Origin: Octopus bimaculoides
Lineage: Eukaryota
NCBI RefSeq assembly: GCF_001194135.2
Contig: NC_068993.1
Coordinates: forward strand, 42,407,825-42,471,824
Direction of reading: 5' to 3'
DNA: 64,000 nucleotides
Below are positions 13,254 to 26,847 of this stretch, piece by piece. The notes below the pieces were generated by a model. That model had not been told where the DNA came from and searched no databases. It worked only from the letters and a program-made list of their open reading frames with translations. The position numbers and the translations under genes were made by a program. Position 1 is the first letter of the stretch. Each line of letters opens with the position of its first letter.

Positions 13254-13345
13254 GAAGGTGGCGAATCATTACCACGCCGGACAGTATGCTTAGCGAGATT
13301 TCTTCCAGGTTTACGCCCTGAGTTCCAATTCTACCACGGTCTATT
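13254..13345 (+). mobile_element. SINE family B 5' fragment
   Basis: gaaggtggcgaatcattaccacgccggacagtatgcttagcg...ctgagttccaattctacc is a tRNA-like head similar to 16148-16185. Confidence 0.65.
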
Positions 13346-13869
13346 TCGTTATTGAAGCAACACCAAGTGAATTGTTTCTTTCGAGAACTTTAAAAAAACT
13401 ATAATCACAGCAGGAAAGCTTCCCTTCAATATCCTTGGATATACAACAAGCCAGGTTTTGATTACATACGTTTACAATCTATTTATTTATACACCTTACA
13501 TTTTCGCTTTCATAATGGCTACCAAACAGACACACAGAGACATACGCACTTGCACAAACACACATATTTATGCATGTACGTGTATATGTATCTATGCATA
13601 TGTGTGTATATGTATATGCATGCATACATGTGTGTATATATATNNNNNNNNNNNNNNNNNNNNNNNNNNNNNNNNNNNNNNNNNNNNNNNNNNNNNNNNN
13701 NNNNNNNNNNNNNNNNNNNNNNNNNNNNNNNNNNNNNNNNNNNNNNNNNNNNNNNNNNNNNNNNNNNNNAAATGCAAAAAGAAACGAGATTCAATGTCAA
13801 AACTCGCAACTCAATATACATGGAATAGAAAATAAACAGTTTACTGAACAATTAAAGAATAAATATGAA

Positions 13870-14580
13870 AATAACCAGTTTCGTGGACAGTAGCAACCGT
13901 AACAAGAAAAGGCAATGACGACTCATACAAGGAGTCAAACACTATAATACATCCATGTTGTAGTCGTGTCAGAACGAATCTTCCCTTAATACGGACTGAA
14001 CAAAGAGAATTTTTAAACCTGTCACAGATCAAAGAAAAGAAATAATACTGCGAGAATTTTGCGAGACCGAATGCTATTTTTGGGCCAAAAGAACTCATCC
14101 AAGCGGGGACAAAGGGAAAGGAAGCAGATCAAGTCTACCCTTACGACAAGTAAAAACCTACAAGCATGTCAAATATATTGGGGGAATTCTCTCAACTGCA
14201 AAGGCAAACTATATGGTACTATCTGGCATCTTCAAAATTGAAAACTCAGCGAAATTAGACTGAAGTTGTATGATATACCTCGGGTTATACATTTCTGCCC
14301 ATCTACAGGGACAGAAGTGTATACGATGGGAATCGGAGGTCAGTGTTCAGCTTTGAACCACATTATGAGCCAATAGTTAAAACATATCTAATAAAGGCGA
14401 CAAAATAGATTTGCAAGTTCGTAGTGAACACCAAAGGCTTCACGCCTGTGCTAGAATTGCGCAAAGTAGAAGCCGAAAGGGGTGCATGATGCAGAATAAA
14501 ATGTTTAGTTGCAACATTTATCATAGTAAGAAACTCTTCAAAGCTGATTGCACGGAACAATTTTGAAAGACTCACTTAAA
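13870..14580 (+). mobile_element. Degenerate R4/Dong-like RT C-terminal region
   Basis: Broken frames give QIKEKK*YCENF...ELIQAGTK, YGTIW..., IHFCPSTGTEVYTMGIGGQC and ETLQS*LHGTILKD. These are colinear with R4 motifs (MKEKI.KEY, ELN.GNK, HP..D..RLY..R..GGRG, K.LHG). Confidence 0.45.
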
Positions 14581-15756
14581 ACGTTACTCGAAAATAAAAA
14601 TCAATTTGACCAGCGAAAAGGAGACCAACCTATGTTTCCAATGCTAAAATTTTGGGGCTGTCATAAGAAATCTCTTCATACTTAGTGCTAGAAACAGATG
14701 AACATCTTAATATTTAACAATGCACCCCTCGATTGCTGTGCGATGATTTAGTAATAATAGTTGTAGGTACAAATCCATAAACTGTTGAAGAAAACACAGA
14801 AGGAAAAAAAAATCACATACATAAAACAAAAAACAATGGTTAGAAGCACGAAGTTCTTCAAAACAGCAATGATACCAGTGGAGATAATGTGGCGATAAAC
14901 ATTATAACGAAGAAAATGAAGATGACGATGACTTCCCAAAGAAGTTAGAATGACATAAAAAGTATTAGTTTCAGAATATAAACAAGATACTAAAGATATA
15001 AAACCAAATCTAAGATACTACATCGAACTTCGAAGAGCATCTTCCAATGATGTTGGAGTTTTTAAACAACGAGTGTCCTAAAAAAAAAAATGCTTACACG
15101 TGCATTCGTAAACAATTCAAGAACTGATAAATGGATTTAGTCGTAGAGTGCTCAAAGTCAACCAAACCAGTAATTTTTCAACTTTACTTTCTTCTAATTA
15201 TTGTGTTTTATCGTACCGATGATATTTCCTTACTAATATAAGTACTTATAACATTTTAATGTGTCTATTCATATATTGAATGACGTTTGTCACTACCCCG
15301 TTTTAGTATTTGTGAAAGTTTCTTTGCAATCCCCTCGTGATTTTTGCAATTTTGTATCTTCTTGGGCTCACATGGCTAATGAAGAAAAGATTATTATTAT
15401 AGATTTACTTCTGCGGTCTCTTTATATTCTGAGTGTAAATCCCAGTGAGTCCAACTTAACTTTCTGAGCCGACAAAATATAGTAGCCGACAAATATAGTA
15501 GCCAACAAATATATATGACGATCGAACATTCACTATTACCAACAGCACCTATGGAAGAAATTATTGTAATGGGTTTATTTCATTGCAAAGAAGATGGGGG
15601 AAAGGAGACAAGACAATGGAAAGATTGCAGAAAAGGGTGAAGGGTCTCATTAATAAAAAATAACGCCAAGAAGTTTTTTTATTCTAATGATTGAGATACT
15701 TGAATGACTCTACAGTACTCTGCTTCACCTAGAGCCATCGCGTTTGCACACAAATG

Positions 15757-15940
15757 TGTGAGAAGAGTTTAGTCGATTATATCAAACCCTTGCTTTTAAC
15801 CGGTACTTTATTTTGTCGATCTTGGAGCAATGAAATGTAAACTAGACTTTGGTGGAATTTGAACGCAGAACGTAAAGAGTTGTGAGTTAATGTTGTAAGA
15901 GTGTATGACACTCTGTTGATTCCGCCAATCTCACTCACAT
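15757..15940 (-). mobile_element. SINE family B copy
   Basis: tagtcgattatatcaaaccc...ccggtactttattttgtcgatc...gactttggtggaatttgaacgcagaacgtaaag is the reverse complement of the family B consensus. Confidence 0.75.
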
Positions 15941-16147
15941 CTATTATTCAGATGTTTTGTGCAGTTGTAGTATATTATACATCAGTTCAAATTTCAATAG
16001 TATCCAGACAACACCAGGTTTGGACAAGAAGCGGGGTCAGATAATTTTTGTTTCTGTGATGATTTCGATGATGTATTTTACAAAATAAAGATTGAGGATG
16101 GATGAACCTCTAAGAATCACTTTTGATATTTCTCTCTCTCTCTCTCT

Positions 16148-16300
16148 CCGTTAGCACGCCGAGCAAAATGCTAAGCAGCATTTCGTCCGTCTTTAAAATT
16201 AGTACCAGTTGAGCACTGGGTCGATGTAATCAACTTACCCCTCCCCCGAACTTGCTGGCTTGGAACCAAAATTTAAGATCAATATTTCTCTCTTACCCTC
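16148..16300 (+). mobile_element. SINE family B copy with internal deletion
   Basis: gttagcacgccgagcaaaatgctaagcagcatttcgtccgtcttta joins directly to aaattagtaccagttgagcactgggtcgatgtaatcaacttacccctccccc. Confidence 0.8.
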
Positions 16301-16312
16301 TTTCCTTCCCTT

Positions 16313-16316
<4 letters not shown>

Positions 16317-16400
<84 letters not shown>
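16317..16400. repeat. (CT)n microsatellite
   Basis: Direct reading. Confidence 0.97.
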
Positions 16401-16405
<5 letters not shown>

Positions 16406-16409
16406 TATC

Positions 16410-17450
16410 TTCTAGAGACACTTTTGTTATCAGCACTCCTATAACAATGGGAATTTCTTTTTTGAACTCTACAAGATTTCTTGAGTAAATCCAGATACTT
16501 CTTAATATATTCTTACTATCCGTATGACAATCCTATCACACAGCAATATCAAAAAGTCGGTGAGCTAGCACATTTGTCTTCATTTATAATAATAGCATCA
16601 TGCCTCTGTAACCCCTTCACCCGAATGTATTGCACTAAGACATTCCACATTCTCTTACGTTACTTCTTTCAATTAAATCTATTCTAAATCAAAATTCCTA
16701 ATAACTTTCTCGGGTATATTTACCTACCCTGTCATATCGTACGCTGCATTATTTCCTCTTTTCGTATTGCATTCTATATTTATATAGGCTATGATTGATT
16801 GACATTTTCATCTACCTTACCACGTATCCAACAGTTACTTGGTGGATTTTGTCTATTTCGGTCTTAGCAAGGTTTGTTTTAACAGCCTGTCCTTGCACAC
16901 AGTAATGATAAAGGTTCCTCTTTCCCATTTTAGATCTTCAGCTTTCAGCCAAACCTCTATTTTCTCCAGCTATATTTTTCTGTTTGCTGACAAACTGTCA
17001 TGAAGCACTTTTTCTATACTAATCTTCCATTTTTTCTTTATTATTTTGTATTTTAGCTTCTGTACATTCGCTATTGATTTTCCTCGTTGTATAGCTGTAA
17101 ATATCAACTTCTAACTTTTGCTCGCACACCTCACTTGTCCTATAATTGTCAAATGTACTGTGTGTGTTATATTGAATAACCATCTACATCTTTCTTTTCT
17201 TGCTATATACAGTCTATTATATTCACTTAAAACAACGTCTTTTGATCTCAAGGTCACCTCGATATCAAACAAGTTGCCACGAACTCACACTCGTCTCAAG
17301 TGTCTTTAGTTTGTTGTTAAAGCCAATTATTTTTAGGGACTCCACAATCCAGAGAAAGAGAACAATATTTATTTTTGTAGACCATTTATCATATTGCTGG
17401 TACTTCATCGTGTTTTCGATTTCTGTGGTAGGAATATACAACAGTAATTC
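16410..17450 (-). mobile_element. R4/Dong-clade retrotransposon 3' portion (RT C-terminus to restriction-like endonuclease), degenerate
   Basis: Minus translation: KINIV...[84 protein letters not shown], all in R4 order. Confidence 0.8.
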
Positions 17451-17616
<166 letters not shown>

Positions 17617-18144
17617 TATAACAATATATTATGTGTTAATCACGCATGAATTTCTTGGCCTATTTTCCGTCTCCAGTAGATGTTCATTTCATTCAGAATG
17701 TGCGTTCGATTAGTTATCAATTTCATCGATGGTTTCCATAGGAACGGTAAACAAATACTGAAACTGACACTTGTTTACGTGATGGCTACATGAATGAGTT
17801 TTATGTACAATGACATAGACATAACACTCTTTGTAAAGTATAATCCTCAAACGAAACGAGCCAAGGAGGGCGCCTATGTCGCAAACGTGTATAAACATAT
17901 ACGTCTTTGCTCGAATTAGCAGTCACATATTATACAAAATACTAAAACAATTTTATCAAATGCAAAATCATCTGCAGATAATAAAAACCGATGTATGTAT
18001 ATGTTGGTGGGAAAGGGGAGGATGAGAGATTAAAAGACAGATGCAAAGTGAGTTTAAATGGGAAGTGCAAAATGTATGCACATACCAGGCTTGGTAACAG
18101 GAGGAGGTGAAGGAGAATATGACTGAGTAATTATAAGGGGGAGT

Positions 18145-18194
18145 CACACAAGCCTTGAGTGTGAATTAGATAGATGGAAACTGAAAGAAGCTCG

Positions 18195-18261
<67 letters not shown>

Positions 18262-18415
18262 TGCCTGTATTTGTCCCCCGCCACCACTTGACAACCGGTG
18301 CTGGTGTGTTTACGTCCACATAACTTAGTGGTTCGGCAAAAGGGAACTATAGAGTAAATTTCAAGGCGGTGCCCCAGCATGGCCGCAGTCAAAGGACTCG
18401 AGCAAGTAAAAGATG
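18145..18415 (+). mobile_element. SINE family A copy with internal (GT)n
   Basis: cacaagccttgagtg...gatggaaactgaaagaagctcgtcg(GT)n...cttgacaaccggtgctggtgtgtttacgtcc...aaggcggtgccccagcatggccgcagtc. Confidence 0.85.
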
Positions 18416-18676
18416 AAATTAATGAGGAATTTATCTTTTTATAATTTTAATTTAAGGCAATAAATATTTTGTATAAGGACCAAGAAGATTGATGCGTAAT
18501 GCAAAGTTAGATCATAATCAATGTACGCATGTCATTTCCTGATATTACCTATGTTAGCAATAGCATTCTTCCAAAGTTACCTGTTATATGGCAGGTGAGA
18601 TCCAATTTAAATTAGAAATCACAAACTCTATTCCTCCTGGGGCTTTCTTATTTGTAAATCCTCCGTAGTATTCATA

Positions 18677-18930
18677 GGCGCAGATATGGCTTAGGCTTTA
18701 AAACGTTCACACACAGACTTCAGTTCAATCCCACTTTGGTATCTTGGATATATATCTTTTGGTATATTCGATATATATCTTTTGCTATGGTATCTTGGAT
18801 ATATATGGTATCTTGGATATATATGGTATATTGGATATATATGGTATCTTGGATATATATCTTTTGTTATAGTCTGCGATCAACGAACGTCTTTGGAGCA
18901 AAAAGAAATTTGTATGGAAGCCTCTTCAAG
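18677..18930 (+). mobile_element. Degenerate SINE family A 5' half carrying an 18-bp minisatellite (18737-18866)
   Basis: The head ggcgcagatatggct...cagttcaatcccact is followed by six TGGTAT(C/A)TT(G/C)GATATATA cores. Confidence 0.55.
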
Positions 18931-19049
18931 AAAGTCTCGGTAGATTTATTTCTCACCCCCATTCTGTCGCAGTTATTCGAGCCAAATATCGGTCTAAATT
19001 TAAAATTTCTCTTTTCCTCCTACCATTCTTAAGACCCTAGATATGTCTC

Positions 19050-19940
19050 ATGTGTACACACCTTCATCATCTGACATTAATAAAGAAATAAAACATATGC
19101 TCTTTCTGTTGTCCTTTCTTTATTCTATGTTCTATAGTCCTATCTTCAACCGTTGCAATCAATGTTTTGTTCAAATATCTTACCAGGAGTGCCTTATCAG
19201 TAATGTGTTAATTTTTCCACATCTGTCTCTTCATTTTCTTAATGTTCTTCGACGCAGTTCGCTTGTTGATAGAATATTTTATTATTCCTAATTACGCTGC
19301 TTTGTTGATATTACTTGATCTATTGTTGAAATTCATTTATTTTCGACGGCATCACATTCATTCTTTTTTTATTTCCTGTCTTTAAGTATTTTTTTTTCTT
19401 AATTCATCTTTTCTTTGCAACTCTCATACTGTTTACTTAAAATTTCCTCTTTTTTATGTTTTTGAAATTGTAGAAACTTTACAAAGATCTTTATTTAGTT
19501 TTACATCTTTTTAAAAGTTGTACGACCAATTGTGTTTGATTTTATTCTTTCTGTTTGATTTCTATTTATTCTGTGATAGCTTCTCAATATACTAGAATAT
19601 TGGTCTCTGTGATGTTATTTAATTGTAGAATTTTCAGATCTTCATTAGCTTCTCTGAGTGCCAAGCATGATTTACACTTCACAAAACAAAGTTCCCATTA
19701 ATTATTCGTAGTCTTATACGGCAGCAATTTATATTTATTGCTGCTGCTGCTATTATTGACATTCTTGTTCAATGTGCTGCTGATCTTGTTATCAGAATAA
19801 CCTGAATTACAGAAGATATATCTCCACCCACACAGAAAGGCTGCATGAAATAGCCTTCTCTGCCTCTTCAGTATGCGATTTCCTGGCAATAATGGCTAGA
19901 TCACAAAGACCTGAGCAGCCTTTCAAGAAGTTCTCTCTAT
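19050..19940 (-). mobile_element. Possible very degenerate LINE ORF2 remnant
   Basis: Purine-rich minus strand with a KA/GTPGKI-like motif (cf. KAPG.D.I) near 19190. No intact frame. Confidence 0.2.
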
Positions 19941-20080
19941 TAATATGTCTTTAAAAGATAAACCTTACCCATGTTTTTAATTTATATAATTCTGACAAGT
20001 ACTGACATATCAATAGACTACCATCATTACACCTTCAACATTGCTAAAGTGATCTCGGTATCATTGTTATTAATATGCGT

Positions 20081-20133
<53 letters not shown>
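20081..20133. repeat. (ATAG)n microsatellite
   Basis: Direct reading. Confidence 0.97.
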
Positions 20134-20134
<1 letters not shown>

Positions 20135-20275
20135 TAGGTTAATTGAGGTAGAGGTTAAAATAACAACCGTCTAAGGGATAAAAGTATCTCAAATACTACG
20201 GGTATATAACGTATATTTAAACATGGGCAAAAATGTTATGCTCATAAATTATAGGTAAAGACAAGGATAAACAGG

Positions 20276-20377
<102 letters not shown>

Positions 20378-22059
20378 TATTCATATTCATATTCATATAC
20401 AAATATATTTTTCCATATTATTATGTTTAAATCTTCCCTAGTGATTTTCCTGATACATACATGAAATTAGCAGTCTACAAAAATTGGTATACTAAAATAA
20501 ATTTATACAAAACTCCATTGTAAAAGATCTCAGTTTACTGGTCATAAATATGATCCAACGCGAAATAATGAAGTTTTGAATGAGAAGTGTAAACATGGCA
20601 GCACACTAGACGTTTAGATGTAGAAGGAATTTAAGCTTAATTTAAACGAAGAATGGTATAACTGTCACGTCAGAATTTGAAGAAAAACGATGTCAGACAC
20701 ATCTTTCAAAGCGGTTTGTTAGAAACATAAGGAAAACACGAGACACTGTCAGCAAAAATATAACACCCTGGTAGCTAAATGGTGGAGGAAAAGCTGTAAG
20801 GGTTACATAATATTAAAACAATTAAAGGAAGAGATGTTTTTAAAAAAAATCTTTTAAATTATTTATTTGTCATCTTAGTTAAGTAGCCATTTATCAATAT
20901 CAGTCGAATGCTATGAGAAGTTCCATCAGTGATTTGAATAACAATTGATTGATGGTATCATTTTAGAAAGGGTAATGGATGCTGCTTATAAATAGATCAA
21001 ACAGGTGTAAAATCTCTACAACCAAGTTTGAAGCTGTGGAAGAATATTGTAGAGAGAAACATAAGAAATAGATACGAACACAAATATAAAATACAGCGTG
21101 ACAGGAAAGGGTTCCTTGAAATCCGGTTGAAATTTAGGGGGCAAAACCACCTTGGAAGAAGTAAAACATTCTAATAGAATGATCCTGTAACGTAACACTT
21201 GAGAACAGCGATGGATCACGTATTTGGATAAACAATGAGTCTCAATTTTGTTCAATTTGAATTTATTACAGTATTTCATAGCATAGATATTTTATAGTAT
21301 TTTATAGCAAAGGTATTTTATAGCATATTCAAGCATAGAAACAGGATTCATTGATATACTATTCAAAAGCAATAAAACAAGAATACAACAAGAATGTAAT
21401 TTATGCAGGCTTTCAAAGTAACTGCCAATGGTTAAGGCATTATACAGAATACATTTTAGTAATTTTTATGCCATATGTTCCGTATCGCTTTCACTTCTGA
21501 TCAACCAATTTACTCACTAAAAAATACAACCGTACAACATAGTAAACAATATGTGCACTGAATAAAATATGGTATGCATGTAGTTGTTATTTTATTAACA
21601 ATATTCAATTTAGCTGCACGTATTTGCAACATTTTAGAATTATTTATCAACATCTCTTTAGGTGAGTTAATACATTTTGAAGAATGTAATGTAATATAAT
21701 AAAAGTATGCTGCAATGATAATATCTCTACAAAAATGTGTTGAATACCAAACAGGTTTTTTGCTTTACATTGTGAATTTAAATTTTTGTTATTTAGATTT
21801 TTTTGATTTTCCTCTTCTACGGCGCAAAGATTGTTGCTCTGTTTTATTGATGCCGATTCAAATGTTTTTTTTCTTCCTCTCATTATGGCCACCACTGCTA
21901 GTTTTTTGCGCTGTGTCAATGTAAGAAATAATTATTACATTATAATAATACTAGCAACAATATTTTCTGTTTTTCATTATAATGCTGTATTAAAAAAAAA
22001 TTGAGCTTAGTCCAATTTTGTATCATATATTTACTTGATATATACATTGGAGGCGTTAA

Positions 22060-22810
22060 TGTAAGACTTAAACTGAAAAATGTCTCGAATCCAGCCCTGC
22101 CTTTCCGACATCTGGCATTGTAAGAGACAATGATGGAATAGCAGTTATTCTGTTGATCTGTATGATCAGTATACTCTGATTCACAGATCCAGTAAAATTC
22201 CTTGCTAGGCTAAATTACTCCGTTCACCAGAGATATTGTTCAGATGTTTCAAGAATACTGATTATAAAGATTACGATAAGATTCACAGATTTGAGTGGAA
22301 TGGACTAAAATTAAATCGATTACTGATATGCAGATTAGAAGACTTTAGAAGACTTTAGACGACCTTAGCACTGGATCCTCATTATCCGATCGTGATGGAA
22401 TATGTGACATACAGGTGCATATCCAAAATCCTGTGAAAGTTCCTAAATAAAAACTTGTTCACCTCCTATAACCTAGATGATATTATTATCCAAGCTGGAA
22501 AAGGTAGTTTCCGGTTTAGCTACTTCGGGATATTCAGTTATATGCCACTGTCTCCTCGTAATGTAGTTTCTATTATTGATGTCATTGTTGTTGTTATTAT
22601 TGTTTTTATCACTGAGCGTTTCTGTATTTACTCTTAACATCACACTTTGAACTAACCCGACGTGAGAAACTTGAGGAAAAGAGACGACAACGTCATCTGA
22701 AACTCACCAACAGCATAATGGGCAACTTCCTTTGTCATCTCTGTTCAAGGACATGGCATTCCAGGGTCGGAATATTTTCTCATCTATCAACTCACAAAAT
22801 GTAACTGAAG
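22060..22810 (+). mobile_element. RTE-clade LINE 3' portion, degenerate
   Basis: 22650-22800 translates RREKLEEKRRQRHLK....NFLCHLCSRTWHSRVGIFSHLSTHKM*, the RTE C-terminal C..C.R.C.SRIGL.SH..TH motif. Upstream RILIIKITIRFTDL resembles RIL.IKWQDKITD. Confidence 0.7.
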
Positions 22811-23134
22811 ACTCCTAAAGGACAACCTCGTCGTCAACATCGGCGGACAGCTATAAGCAACAAAGCAAGCATGCTCTTAACATCACCTTACTACATCGCA
22901 CTCTGTAATTCTCTATTCTGCCATACAGATCATACTGAACGTAATTTGCATAGATGTAATATACTGGAGCACAAATACCCTAAGCTTTGTAGCTTTTGGT
23001 GAGAAAGCTGAGGAAGGGAATTGATCGTATTACGAAATCTGGCCAACTAATTTACTTGATAATCACATTCGATTTTATGAAAGAGGTATGTATTCTATTT
23101 CATTTGGAAAAAAAAACAATTGCGCTTTGTGTGT

Positions 23135-23375
23135 TTATTTCATCAGTACTGCATGTGTGTGCGCGTGAGAGAGTTTGTGTGTGTGTGTGTATACGTACGT
23201 GTGTGCGTGTGTGTGTGTTTGTGTGTGAGTGCGTGTGTTCTTGTGTACGTGTGTGTATGTATATATATGTGTGTGTGCTTGCGTATGGATACATGTTTGT
23301 ATGTATGTATGTACGTTAGTGTATGTGTGTATGTATGTGTGTGTGTATGTATGTGTGTGTGTATGTATGTGTGTA
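23135..23375. repeat. Interrupted (GT)n/(GTAT)n microsatellite
   Basis: Direct reading. Confidence 0.9.
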
Positions 23376-24831
23376 AGTATGAATTTTCGGGACTTCAGAA
23401 TGATATCTACAAAATTGTTTAGGACAATTATTTCTGTGTATGTCACACTCTAAACAGGAAGTTATTCCTCTTGTGTTGCAATTAAGTATTTCAATAGAAA
23501 AGGTGATAACCATAGGGTGAATAAGAGATTAAATGAAAATATAATCGCAAAATTTTCGTTTAACATTAGATGTGGAGGAAGTATATTTAGCCTTTGAACA
23601 ATTGAATAAAATATTACAAATAAAATAAAATGTCTGCATACAGAGAGAAGCTGCGTTGTATATTATTAATTTTCGCGTCAAAATTTTGTTTGCAAACGAT
23701 TACGTTAAAAGAAGAAATCCAATTTAGAGACGCCCAGTTTACTAGGACAACCAATGCTGTTCACCTGCTGGAGAAGTTGCTCCATGGAACGTATAATCAT
23801 CAGCAGACCAACAATGTAAGAAACACCTTAAAGCTACAAGTAGTTCATATATAGTAAATTACAGGTCATCGATTATCATTATCATCATCTGTGTTGTATT
23901 AATTTAAGCGAGTCACAACACGCTTCTTGGCTTAGCCCGCTCTATAATCATGCTTCAGACTCTTACCTTGTTCTTAGTTTCGAGTTATTGATTATTTTCA
24001 TAAACACAATCAATGTCCTACAGGTTTTAAAAGATTCCTCTCTATAATACATTCATTGATTCTCAAAAGATATTTTTATTAAGATACACATCTCTTCTGT
24101 TTGTATACAAGTACAGCATTTCGTTTAAACGATACCCGCTTTGCACAATATAAATATAAAACAGTAAAATGTAACTTAGAGAGTTATGCTTTTTTTCTTG
24201 ATTTATAACAAACCAAAGTTTAAATTGTCGACATGTCAACATAATTCTGATAGCGTGAAATATCGATAAAACATTATATATAACTAAATATATTTATAAT
24301 TCTGTTTTTAGAAATTCACAGTCGGCAGATATTCTTAACGGTCGTAATTCAAAACGTCTACATTCACAAATATATTATGAATTATATATAAATGTATGTG
24401 AATTTAACAAAGGATATACAAAAGCACAAACAGTGAATGAATCGTTGCATAATGGTAAAAGTATGCTACAACTTCATTGAACCGATGTTCTTTTGTTCTA
24501 AATACGACCTACTTGAATATATCAGTAAAAAAATGTGGTTAAGAAGTTCACTTCACAACAATATTGATCCCAGGTTCGTTCCCTCTCAGTTGTCTCCTTC
24601 AAATGTATTTTATTGATCGAAAGAGTGTAGAAACACGCCATATTTTTTGGCGGCTATGTATGTACCTTAACCAAGAAGGGAATGAATGGTTCTTGCCAGC
24701 ATGTCATACTCGCTTGCGAGTGACGGCTCTTGTAAACGGATATTGTATGTTTGTATGTATACATGAAAATATATATTGACCTCTCTCATCACCTCGGCAA
24801 ATGAAGGTTCAGCAACGACACAGATGTTCTA

Positions 24832-25047
24832 CAGGGTTTCCGTCCACAAAGTATGGGTACAGGGAGTAAATAAAATCGTAGCATAAACAATTAAATATAA
24901 GATATAATAATTTCTTAAAGTATGTGTTAATCCCCATGTGGGTACATGGAGTAAATAAAATCATGACATAAACAATTAAATATAAAAAATAATAATTTCT
25001 TAAAGTATGTTTTAATCCCCATGTACCCAGACTTTGTGGACACCCTG
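24832..25047. mobile_element. Tc1/mariner-type MITE with TA target duplication and an internal 85-bp tandem duplication
   Basis: TA|cagggtttccgtccacaaagtatgggtaca...tgtacccagactttgtggacaccctg|TA form imperfect TIRs. Units 24854-24938 and 24939-25023 are near-identical. Confidence 0.8.
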
Positions 25048-25540
25048 TATATCAACCTAGACCTACCTGTGTGCAGAGTCAAAGCAACAATTTCCTGTAG
25101 CATCCTCTACCTATCCCATTCATCTCTTTCCCTATTGCCGATGGACCTATGAAGAAAGCGTTATATCATAATGGGCGGGGTTTGTGAGGAACTAGTCCCA
25201 ATCTCTCGTTCCTCTAGCTTGTATTGGTCTTGTGCAACAAGTGTCATGAGCACAGTAGTGATCAGAATGCAGGATTTGTATGGTGTTAGCTTCTCGTAAA
25301 TGAGCAGCCAAAGAGCCGAAGGGCCTCAGCTACCATGGGTTCGTGGAGTGTCTATGAATGGCCGTCTTTCTTTCTGAGGCAGTTCTGGGATATGCTAAAT
25401 AACCTTGAAAGGTGCTACTACTGCAGGTCAGTGTAGACCTAACGATAGTAGCTAAGTGTTGTTTCAAGATTCCTCAAAACTTCGAACTCCCGAACCAGGC
25501 CGCAATACAAGATGTAGGCTTAATTCATACTTAGCAAAAT

Positions 25541-25690
25541 ACACACACACAGAGACACACACGCAGACAGACAGACACACACTCGCACAGACACACACAC
25601 ATACTCTCACACACACACATACACACACACACACACACACGCATACACACACACACACATACGTACGCATTCACGCACACGCACACAGAC
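25541..25690. repeat. Interrupted (CA)n microsatellite
   Basis: Direct reading. Confidence 0.9.
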
Positions 25691-26804
25691 ACTCAAAAGC
25701 TGTTCAAATCGAGTTTATGATAAAATTGTAAAATTCCAGATGCCATGCAATGCGACCGAACTAAAATTAAAGCGAATATATTACATATATTCACATATGC
25801 ATATTTGCTAAAGTGCTTGGCATTTAAGTTAACAACAGGTAAATTATTTTTTTGCTTTGTTTTTTTTTTTCAGTTTATATAATGAGGGAAATGAGGAAAT
25901 ACAATGCCAACCTCCTCCACACACGGTGACGACAGTAATTATAATGCAGTCATGTGATATTTGAGTTGGAAAATACATTTATAAAAAGCAACTCACTCTG
26001 AGCAGTTGAAGGCCGGTAGGACGGACAGAATAGAGATTTGGGTTATTTGTGTTAATGTAGTTTAGAGTTATAAATAGTTTCTTTTGTTATCGTTGATTCA
26101 AGATGGTAGAGTAACATAAGAAAACTTAATGACAGACATAGTTAAGATTAATCGTTTGAGTCATGCTACTAGTATTAGATTAGCAGAACTATATTGTTAC
26201 GAATTAAAATATTGGAAATCTCTTGAAGGTACTATGAAGTCATGTAAGGAATCCATTTTAATTTTAAATTTTATATTTATTTATCTGTTACTTTCTTTTT
26301 GTGTGTAGATTTAAAGAAACTGTAACGGTGAAAAGATGACTAGAAGTATGGTTGGCTGGCAGGATAGCCAGCAAAGCTGGGAGAAGCAAGATAAATAAAC
26401 AGTTTCTGACTGACAATTAATGTGTTGAGATTCCGAATGACATCAGCTACGAAACGCTTCACTGCTTCTTATATACAACCTGAGTGGCATTAGACGTACA
26501 ATGAATGTGTAGGCTGCAGAGATGGATGAAAGTGGAGGTCAAAGTTCTTTCTTTGACAGGCAGTTAAAGTAGAGAAACGGGGTGGCAATGGGAGAATGTT
26601 GTAATGTGGGAATGGGAGAATGTGGGAATGCATTGTATAGTGACGAAAGAAGAATGTAGGAAATACAAGTTTAGTCAACTAAAAGTGGGGAGCTTTGCGT
26701 ATAAGGAAAAATAACGAACGCTTAGGAGTTGTTTGGTAGCGTTGATGAGAAATAACTTCCTTCTACATACCAAGAAGCACGAAGGGTGAATAAGTAGCAG
26801 ACTG

Positions 26805-26847
<43 letters not shown>

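Noticed and set aside
15467-15515. Three 16-17 bp tandem copies of agccgacaaatatagt
   Set aside because: Real but trivial slippage duplication.
25050-25460. GC-richer block next to the MITE (possible LINE 5' UTR or LTR)
   Set aside because: No ORF, terminal motifs or second copy in the window to support a call.
26425-26470. ccgaatgacatcagctacgaaacgcttc as a third hammerhead
   Set aside because: The core box, cleavage triplet and stems are all broken.
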